A stretch of DNA of 64,000 bases from an uncultured virus (IMG/VR IMGVR_UViG_3300008954_001678) (taxonomy: Duplodnaviria > Heunggongvirae > Uroviricota > Caudoviricetes): IMG/VR virus record IMGVR_UViG_3300008954_001678; one strand, given 5' to 3'. Shown here in pieces: positions 18,651-28,300 of the stretch (position 1 is its first letter; each line of letters opens with the position of its first letter). The notes below the pieces were generated by a model. The model saw only the letters and a list, made by a program, of their open reading frames with translations. It was not told the DNA's origin and did no database searches. A program made the translations under genes and the position numbers.

Positions 18651-19139
18651 ATGAAAGTATTAATCACCGAATCACAAAGACAACAACTACTTAAGGAAGC
18701 ACCTCTTCTGACGGATATTTTAAAGAAGGCAATTGTAAAAGCTATTGAGAGTCCTGAAGTACAAAAAATCATTAAAAAAGGAATGGAGAATGTGTTAGAG
18801 AAAGGAGCAGGTGAGTTAAGAAAGTTTACTGACAATCCTAGAGGATACGTAGAAAATCTTAAAGCAAACATAAAACCAAACGTTACCCTTGAACCAGAAC
18901 AAGATATTGATATTCCTGGAGAATATGAAGATGAAATAGTAGATGTAGACGTAGAAGAAGTAGTTGAAAGCCCTGAAATTACTGCAAAAAAGGAAGAAAT
19001 ATCCGTAAACAGAAGATTCTTAGAAGAATTAAAATCCAAAAAAGGTTATAAAAGTAGAAGAGATAGAGATAATATTGATTTATTAACTATCAATATAGGA
19101 AAACTCGAAAGAGATTTACAAGCTTTGTATGAAAGATAA
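18651..19139 (+). CDS. Leader-bearing hypothetical protein
   Basis: MKVLITESQRQQLLKE N-terminus; TATTTAT upstream. Confidence 0.7.
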   Translation: MKVLITESQRQQLLKEAPLLTDILKKAIVKAIESPEVQKIIKKGMENVLEKGAGELRKFTDNPRGYVENLKANIKPNVTLEPEQDIDIPGEYEDEIVDVDVEEVVESPEITAKKEEISVNRRFLEELKSKKGYKSRRDRDNIDLLTINIGKLERDLQALYER

Positions 19140-19338
19140 AATTAAACAAATATTAAGAGAGGAATTTTATCATGAAAACTACACTCCTGATAAGTGGGAC
19201 TTACTGGAACACGATTTAAGGAAATACGTAGAAAAATTAATAACCGACCATCGTAAAAACTTCCATAATGACCAATACGAAGTGATTAGTGCAATTGAAG
19301 AGATAATGGAAGGAATGTTTGCAAGAGTTCCTAGATAA
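19129..19338 (+). CDS. Leader-bearing small protein
   Basis: MKDKIKQILREE. Confidence 0.6.
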   Translation: MKDKIKQILREEFYHENYTPDKWDLLEHDLRKYVEKLITDHRKNFHNDQYEVISAIEEIMEGMFARVPR

Positions 19339-19609
19339 TCTTGACAACCCCCAGAAACTTTATTATTCTTAAATAAAAATATAAAGATATGCCAAAATCA
19401 AGACATAGAAAAAACCACAAACAGAAAGTTAAACAATACAAAAAAGGTCTCTCAGACGCCCGAAACAGAGAAATTAAGAGATATTATGAGGAAATGAAAG
19501 AGAAACAAGAAGAGATGGCAAGGGTGAGAGAAGAGCAAGGAGAAACACAAAAGCCCATAACTCTATAATATATACTTTCTAATCATTACTTATATAATAT
19601 TTATGAGTA

Positions 19610-20959
19610 ATGGACTATTCAAAAAAATCAAAATACAAAGTTATTAAGGAAGGAGAGTCTCCTGAAGAAAATGACATTCTTGTAAGTTTACAATCTCTTG
19701 TAGACCGCTGGGATGAAAATGAAATGTCCCCTGCCTGTGAATATAAAGACGAACTCCAAAATTTAATAAATGATTACTTGCAACGTCCTTTACATGAAGT
19801 GGAAGGAAGAGTGCGCCACAACTACAACTACGACACCAAAAAGGTAGAAGAGACTCAGGAGAAAATAAATGACAATGTTTTCTATAAATTAGTAAAACAT
19901 ATTGTCAACTCTACTAATCTAAACCAACTCAAAGAGATGCATGAAGATGGTATAGAAAACTATACTGAGATATTAGAGATACTTAAATTATATGGTTTAC
20001 CGTTATATGTGGAGAATGAGGCAGATGGAATCATAACGCGACTAATGTTAGCAGCGATAGATAATCATGAAGAAATAAAGGAAGGAAGGATTAACGATTT
20101 TAGTGGGTTAAAGTTAAGACCACTGATAGAATACAATGTAGACCTAGAGGAATCTTGGACCGAACATAAATGGTATTCTTGGAGAGTCAATATAAAAGGA
20201 TATTCCGCAGAGGATGTTGCAAGGGAAGTTGTTACAAATGAAGATGGTCTTTATGATTGGTGGGAATGGGATGATGGACCCCATTTTAGTGATGAACATG
20301 GTGATAGTGATAGAGATGGCATACAAGTCGTCAATATTGCACCAGCGACTCCAGTAGAATCCACAACAATTAAAGAATCAGAGACAGAGTATTTCTCAGG
20401 ATATAAGATTCAGAACAATAACGACCTAAAAGTTACGAAGACAGTAAATTCTATGTGTATCCATATTTTAAAGGAATTTGGAAAACAAGAAATCGGAGAG
20501 ATGGTAGACATGAATATAGAGGAAGTGGAGGGTAGACTACGGAATATTCTTAAACTTTATTCTTGGCCTGCACCCAACACAGACCCAGTGATGGCTAGTA
20601 AACAACTCATCCAATTTATGTGGGATAAAAATGTACCAGATAACTACAGTCCTTTTATAGGAGAATCTTTACCTCCAATTCATGAGTACAATATATCTCA
20701 AGAATTTATAGAATGGGACAAAACTCTCAAAAGAGCTTATGTAAATGTATACGATACTAATTTTAATACTGTCAAATGTGAAATGCAGGGAGGAAATTTC
20801 TGGGAATATGATTATACATTTGATGACTATGAAGTTCTAGAGAGTGACCACATTGGAGAGGAAGAATGGAAGAGTGTGATAATAGACGGTGAGACAGTAT
20901 GGACCGACTTTCAAAAAAACGCTAACCCTAAATATGACCCTACTGTTGGGTGTGAATAA
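19610..20959 (+). CDS. Acidic protein with two diverged copies of the module also found in both giant proteins
   Basis: ILKLY...LxEYN...YDWWEWD / FWEYD pattern occurs twice. Confidence 0.7.
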   Translation: MDYSKKSKYKVIKEGESPEENDILVSLQSLVDRWDENEMSPACEYKDELQNLINDYLQRPLHEVEGRVRHNYNYDTKKVEETQEKINDNVFYKLVKHIVNSTNLNQLKEMHEDGIENYTEILEILKLYGLPLYVENEADGIITRLMLAAIDNHEEIKEGRINDFSGLKLRPLIEYNVDLEESWTEHKWYSWRVNIKGYSAEDVAREVVTNEDGLYDWWEWDDGPHFSDEHGDSDRDGIQVVNIAPATPVESTTIKESETEYFSGYKIQNNNDLKVTKTVNSMCIHILKEFGKQEIGEMVDMNIEEVEGRLRNILKLYSWPAPNTDPVMASKQLIQFMWDKNVPDNYSPFIGESLPPIHEYNISQEFIEWDKTLKRAYVNVYDTNFNTVKCEMQGGNFWEYDYTFDDYEVLESDHIGEEEWKSVIIDGETVWTDFQKNANPKYDPTVGCE

Positions 20960-20975
20960 TAAAATAAAAAGACAT

Positions 20976-22370
20976 ATGAAAATTAAATTAACAAATAACC
21001 AAATAGGAAGACTCATAAAAGAAGGACTAGATAACGAACCCCAAACTCTTTTAAAAGAAGCGACTCTCTCCGCACCTTTACCAGGTACCTTATCAGTGAA
21101 TAGTAAGTTTTCCAAACGAAGATGTCTAAGAGGACCATCCTCGTGTAGAGCTCATAATGGTACCGATTATAAAGCACGGTCAGGTACCCAAGCACTTGCA
21201 ATTGCGGATGGAACAGTGTCTAAAGTAAAACCTAATCAAGGTAGATGTGGTGGAACTATTATTATTAAACATTCTAATGGTTATAAAAGTTCTTACTGTC
21301 ATATGAAAAGAATAACAGTAAAAAAAGGTGATTCAGTCAAACAAGGACAGCTCATTGGATATACAGGTGGTGGTTCTAAAGATTATGGTAGAGGAAATTC
21401 TATGGGTGCACATTTACATTTTGGTTTGAGACTTAACGGAAAATGGGTAGACCCAGAAAAATATATAGATAAATCTAATGTCTTAGCAGGGGGAACTGAA
21501 ACAAGACCTGAAGGGATGATTGCACAATTTGGTGATGGATTAGATGGACCGATTAGTCAGGAAGTTAAAGATATACAACAAAAATTAGAGGACTTAAATT
21601 ATTTATTACCTAGACATGGTGTAGACGGTAAGTTTGGCCCTGAGACTCAAGCAACAGTGGAAGCATTCCAAGAGGACCACCTCAATACGGTCACTGGAGT
21701 AGTAGATAAAGAAACTTTCGCTGCATTACAAGACGCAAAAAATGTTAATCTAAAACCACAGAGAAATGATTTAACTAAAGTAAAAATAAAAAGTAAGGGT
21801 GGAGATATGGGTAAGTTTGGTCCTACGGTAGTAGAAGCTTTGAATAAGGCAGCAGAAAAACATTCTCTCCCTAAAAGTATTTTATTTACCATTGCAAATA
21901 TAGAATCTGGGGGTAATCCAGGAGCAATCAATAAAAGAAGTAGAGCATCTGGGTTGTTCCAAATATTACCTAGGTATTTTAAAAGTTATGGAGTTACTAA
22001 TACTTCCGTATGGGACCCATATGTTAATGCAGATGTCGCAGCTGCTAAACTAAAAGAAAAATTCACTGAACTTACTACTTTCCTAGGTAGACCACCATCA
22101 GCATATGAATTATACTTAGCTCATAATCAAGGAACTTTAGGGTTTAAAGTTATAAGAACAGCATGCACTACTTATGGAGAAGTGGCAACGAGTAAAGAAG
22201 GTAAACACAATTTACAGAAAGCAGCTGTGAGTTTAGGGTATAATAAAAGAACAGGAGGAAAAATATATAGAAATATGATTGGTAATAAAGGAGATACTCC
22301 ATGTAAATTTTTACGAGGATGGGAGGAGTTATATACTTCTAAACAAATCTCACCATCACAATTTGCTTAA
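20976..22370 (+). CDS. Multidomain peptidoglycan hydrolase: M23 peptidase + PG-binding + SLT-like lytic transglycosylase
   Basis: HNGTD...YCHM...HLHF (M23); GVDGKFGPETQATVEAFQ (PG_binding_1); IESGGNPGA...ASGLFQI...LAHNQG (SLT); start reassigned to ATG 20976. Confidence 0.9.
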   Translation: MKIKLTNNQIGRLIKEGLDNEPQTLLKEATLSAPLPGTLSVNSKFSKRRCLRGPSSCRAHNGTDYKARSGTQALAIADGTVSKVKPNQGRCGGTIIIKHSNGYKSSYCHMKRITVKKGDSVKQGQLIGYTGGGSKDYGRGNSMGAHLHFGLRLNGKWVDPEKYIDKSNVLAGGTETRPEGMIAQFGDGLDGPISQEVKDIQQKLEDLNYLLPRHGVDGKFGPETQATVEAFQEDHLNTVTGVVDKETFAALQDAKNVNLKPQRNDLTKVKIKSKGGDMGKFGPTVVEALNKAAEKHSLPKSILFTIANIESGGNPGAINKRSRASGLFQILPRYFKSYGVTNTSVWDPYVNADVAAAKLKEKFTELTTFLGRPPSAYELYLAHNQGTLGFKVIRTACTTYGEVATSKEGKHNLQKAAVSLGYNKRTGGKIYRNMIGNKGDTPCKFLRGWEELYTSKQISPSQFA

Positions 22371-22373
22371 TTT

Positions 22374-25300
22374 ATGAGTTTAAAAAATAACATATTATCA
22401 AGAACGGTTACATTTTTAAAAGAAAATCATTTAGATATTAAAGATTTAAATGAAGAAATGGTAAAGAATGTCATGTCTTCTGACAATTTGTCAGAACAAG
22501 TAGACCCAGCGGAGTATGGAATCATAGATGGTGAAAAAAGAGAGAAAGAGATAGAGTTTGATGTAGAAGTAAGAGGAGAACCACTCACTAAAAAAGAATT
22601 AACTGCTGTCAACCTTTTACATAAGAATTTCACTAAACCTGAATTAGAAAACCTTTCCAGTGAAACCCCAGGTAACTACTCACTAGGTGAAAAGTTTTGG
22701 GATGTGATGAAATTGTTAGGGTATCATTATACCTATGGAGGAGGAGACGCTCACCCTAAGAATACCCGAGTAGCACATTATGCAAAATTAGCAGCTGACA
22801 ACTACACAGAAGAAGGTAATTATGAAGACATCACCAATCCAATTAGAACTCCCTTATCATGGTGGAACGTAGAATTAGACCAAACAGGTTCACAAGTAGA
22901 AATGAAAACTGGGGACGTCACTCTTATGGGATATGATGAGGAGGACGCAGAATCACGAGCTATGTCGGAGTTTGACAGTTGGGAAGGAGAATGGGAAACT
23001 CAAGATTGGGGTGACTATGAAGAATACGATACAGAAGTAAGAAGTATAGAAAAATTAGATGCCGACCCAATGACTGTAAACGAACAAGTAGAGGGTTATG
23101 CTGAAGAAGACGAAGTAGACCGAACACCATTCACATCAATGGAGGTTAAAATATTAAAACAATTACATCGAAATTTAAACAAAGATGAATTGCAACAGAT
23201 ATCGGAAGAGACGCCAGAAACCTATAAAGGAGGAAGCGGAGAAAAGTTTTGGAATGTCATGAAACTCTTTGGTATTAACTTTTCTAATGACATAGCAATT
23301 GATACAAGAGTATCGAAATATGCAAAATGGGCATTCGATAATTGGACAGAAGAAGGTGATTATGAAAATATAGAAGCACCTATTAAAACACCACTTAAAT
23401 GGTACCAGGTAGATAGGAGTGAGACAGGTAGTCAAGTAGAATATAAAGATGGGACCGCAGAGGTTTTAGGTTTTGATGAAGATGATGCGGGTGAGAGAGC
23501 AGATTATGATTTTTATTCTTGGGGTGGAGAAATGGAAACTACTGATTGGGGTGACTATGAAACATATGACTCAAAAATAGAGGATACCCAATTTATAAGA
23601 CTAGATGAAACAATCAGAAGAATACTTCGAGAACAAGAAGAAGGACCTGATTTAAGAACTAAAGCTCTTATTTCTATTGGTGGAATCCAAAGAGATAAGG
23701 TAACAACCCCTAAATTTATTAAAAATATATTTAAAAGTTCGGGACATCAAGCTAAAAGTAGTGGGGTTGAACCAGAAGATGGTGGAGAATGGAACAGATT
23801 TTATACGCCAGGAACTAATATAGATTTGAATGCTGATTTACAAAGAATTAGAGATAGAATAAGATTCGAAGAATATGGCGAAATGTTCCAACAAGGAATA
23901 GAAGGTAGAGGGTTTGCGTTTGAAGGGATGTTAGCAGGACTTTTCAATGGAGAACCAATGGAAGCTGGAGGAAAAGAAGACATTAAAGTAGGTAATGACT
24001 ACTATTCCATTAAACAATCCAACCCAGGTGATGCGTGGGACACTGGAAGTTTACAGAAAGGATATCAGTTTGCAAGAGAAAATATGGTAAGAGACGGTTT
24101 TGCAGAAGAAGAAATTCCACCAACACCAGTTGAATTAATGATTGCAGGTCAGGACTATATTCAATATCAAGCACAAATGTTAACCGAATCATTTAAGGCA
24201 AGTAATGGGCAACCACTTAAATGGATTTTTGCTCATGTTTTAGATGATAAACATATTAAATATGTGTCAATGGATTCAGATGAGTTGATTAGTACAATAT
24301 TAAGTAGTGATTGTAGTAATGGTACTGAAAGTAGAGCATGTGCAGTTGGTAAAAGTAGAAAGAAAGATACTGGAATTAGAATAAAATCCCGATTTGTATT
24401 AGGTGCTGACCCTAAGATGATTACCTTTCCAGAGGTAAGTGAAGAAGATATTAGAAGTATTATTTATGACCCAGAAGGAGATAGAATAGAGGATAAAATT
24501 AGAAGAATATTTAAAAATCCAAATAAAGTTAGTCAATATACAGTAGAATACATTAGAGATAATCCTAAGGAGTTCGTAGACGCAGTAAATAGAGAGATTC
24601 CTAATTTAACTCTAGAGGAAAGAAATATTGCCTACAATCTTTTATTAGAAGAAACAGATGTATTTGGTCAAGGACTCTTAGACCCAATAGCACCAGAAGA
24701 ATTTGAAGGTACGCAAGAAGAATGGGAGAAAATAGTGAAGGATACGGAAGAAGAAGGAGATAAGTTTGACTATGATTATGATGAAGATGAAACACTAATA
24801 TACACAGGAGGACCAACAGACCCTGAACGAGGATTCGTTGCTCCCTCAAAAGAAGTAACAACCAATGTTTGTAGAGTAGAAGGATTTTGTCAAGAACAAG
24901 GACCAATCACTTTTGGACAACTTAAAGCTTTAGTTGAGGCAGCAACAAGAAAAAGAATTCAAGCGGACATGGGACGTGGGGTTTTTAAAATGTTATGGAG
25001 AATAATACCATTTTTTGTCCCACAAATATTACTAGCGGCGGTTGGTGTTACAGCTACAAGAGCTTTCAATAAAATAATTACACCCGCACTTACTGATACT
25101 AGAGGTTATAAAGAATGGTGGGGTAAAGCTGTATTAAAAGCAATGGATATAGCAGAAGGGGATTATATTCCTGATATCACGATGGGAGATGACCCTTTGA
25201 GTAAAGTGTTCTTTATATCTGATGGACTAATGTCAATGATTAAAGATAAATACAAACTTAAATTCGCTAGATATGTTGCGGATTACGCTGCTACCCGACC

Positions 25301-28300
25301 AGATAATGAACCAGTACCAGAATGGTTTGTAGAAAATTTATTAAGAGATTACTTAAATCAAAAGTTTTTACTAAACCCACCTTTACCTGTTAAAATAGAT
25401 ATAGAAACTAAGAAATTAGATGAATCATATCCACCATTAAAACCTGAAGAGCAAAAAAAAATAGCATTAACCACCCAAGTTTTTAATACACTAGACGATG
25501 AATTTTCTCTTCATCCTCATCCTGAAGGAGATATAGAGAGTGTAGAAGAACCCGTAGCGTTGTATTCACAGTCTCTGGACATGTTTGTCCCAATGGACTA
25601 TATCTTTACTCCGATTAATAATATGGTAGATGGTGGAATCCCTAAAGAGGATATCGAAATGTTTGTGGATATCATAACGGATTGGTTAAATCAACGTATA
25701 AATTTAAAAACAACTCATCATCTTAACGAAGAATCACATAATCCTTTTGGATTGTTAAAGAATGATTGGAAAGATGAGTTACTCCGTCATGAGAAAAACT
25801 TATCCGCCAACGAGTTAAAACATAAAAAACTTGCAGACCAATTAAATGGTATGACTGTAACTATTCCAGTAGATATACATGATGGTGCAGAACCAGTAAT
25901 TGGTACCACTGACATAACATTTACTATTGTTAGGCCTTTTATATTCCAAGGTTTAAGAGGTGACTTTTTTGATAATATGAGACCATCAGAAGATTATAAA
26001 GACAACCCTAAAAGGCCTACAGTAATTAAGTATGATTTAGTTTTTAGAGGTGTGGAACCTGGAAGTATATTAGAAGAATTACTTGATGAGAACTCCTTAG
26101 AAGGAATGGACATACATAATATATCAGCGAGGGAAAGACTAATTGAATTACTAGTTGAAGAAAGTTATAACATTAATGAGTCTCTTATGAAAAACTATTT
26201 TAAATTATATGGTGCAACTATAGGTAGAGTGGGTAAGATATACGACTCACAACAATTAGAAGAACAATCCACCAAATTCAGAGATAATTGGCAAGAAGAC
26301 AAAAAATTTACTGAGAAACCTGCTGATGATAGTAAATTAAATGTTTCACCAGAATCACTCTGGAAGTACTTAAATTCTAACCACAGGGAAAGATTAATAA
26401 AAGCAATAACCCCAACACTAGACTGTCTTATATATAACTGTTATGACGGATGGAAAAATGACCCAGATAATGAATGGGATGAAGATGAGGTGGATTTCGA
26501 CGAAATGGCACAGGGATATTGTAGTGAATGTGGGGATGAGTTAAATGCAGAGTTAGAAAAAGTAGACCAAGACTTAGTTAAGTTAGGTTTTGCCCAAGAA
26601 CATGATAGTGAAGGGTATGATGACAATCATAGAAAAACTTGGTTAGAAAAACCTTTTCCACATAGTTACAATGTATGGGTAGATGGTGTTGTTAAAGAAA
26701 TAAATCCTAGATTCTATGTGGATGTAAATGATGACATATCATATTGGGAGGACCGTCTAATCACTCAACCCAAATTATTTGAACATAAAGAATCCCAGTT
26801 AAGTCCCAAACTACAAATAGGAGATGAGATTATTGTGGTTGATGTGGGAACAAAAGAGATAAACCCCGAGAACAAACCAGATATGTTTTTACGTTATTTC
26901 GTTACAAAGATATATAGTGGTGATGAATTTCATAGACCTCCTTTTAGTGAACGAACATATTATGGATTGAATAGGCCTGATGTAGACGTGACTGACCCTG
27001 AAAGACCAGGAGTGTACGACCAGTCATCAACTCACAAATATCTTTTTCCTCATTATGATACTTGGATATTTAACCCAAAAGGAAAAACCATGAAATATGA
27101 AGATGCCTTTCAACCAGACCACTACTTGTCTGATGAGGAATATGAAGAACTATATGGGGATGACGGACAAGATGAATACGGGGGTTATCCTGACTTAATT
27201 CCAGAAACTAAAAAAGAAAAAATACGTGAACATACAGAAAGCAGACTTAATCCTGAATTAGAAGAAGGTGATACAATACTTGTAGTGAATAGAAAGGAGA
27301 CACCAGTAGGATATAGAGACCCTTTACCAGGACATACACCAGAATTATTCACCACCTATGTGGTTATAGAGAAAAGATATAGTGGTCATAAAGCAAAAGA
27401 CCCTTATCATTATTTCTTATTACCAGAAGACAAATATGATATTTTTATAAACGACCCATATGCTCGAGAGGTAGATGACCATGAAAGGTCATTATTCCCT
27501 TGGATACACGATTGGATTCTAGATAAGGAAGACATAATTACTGAACAGAAAGACTCTAAACTTAATCCTGAGTTAATGGTAGGTGATGAGATAGTAGTGG
27601 TTTCTACTGAAGGAATTCATGATTTCGGGTCACCCAACTTATTTAAACCTTATGTTGTAGTAGGAATTAAACATGGTACTACTATGAACAGAGAAAAGGA
27701 TAAGTGGACTCATGACGAAGATGAAGAGCAAACACCAGAAAGAAATAGACTTGGATTTAGGAAGGGATTCGATACTATTCCGTATACGTATTATCAAATA
27801 GAACCTATTGGGATGACAGATGAAGAGAGAACAGGTGCTATGTTAGCTGGAGGTGGACGTATGAAACCAATGTATATTTTTCCTTCACCTAGTGAATATA
27901 GAGGAAAAGACCAATGGATACTAAGACCAGGATTTAGAAGAGGAGAACATCTAACTGAAGATAAAATGGATGAGGTACCTTTATCACAAATTATCGGGGA
28001 TAATGTTAATAATGAAGAATTTATGGAAATACTTAATAGATTTCCTGAGAAACTTCAGAGAGAGTTATTAGACGAAAGACCTAAACCTGAAGATTTTATT
28101 GAAGAGTTTAAGAGTTACCATTTAAATTCACCAGAACCTATAGAAATCTATTTAGAAGATGAATTAAATAAGGACCATACTATAGATACAATGAGTAGAA
28201 CACCCGAAGATGTGGTAGATACCATTAATGATGAATGGGATACTGATTATGAGAGTATTGAAGTTTATGACCCCAACCCAGACAGGTATTTTGAATATGC

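Noticed and set aside
20889..20975. Upstream GTG start for the peptidoglycan hydrolase
   Set aside because: Overlaps the previous gene; ATG 20976 gives the typical leader MKIKLTNNQ
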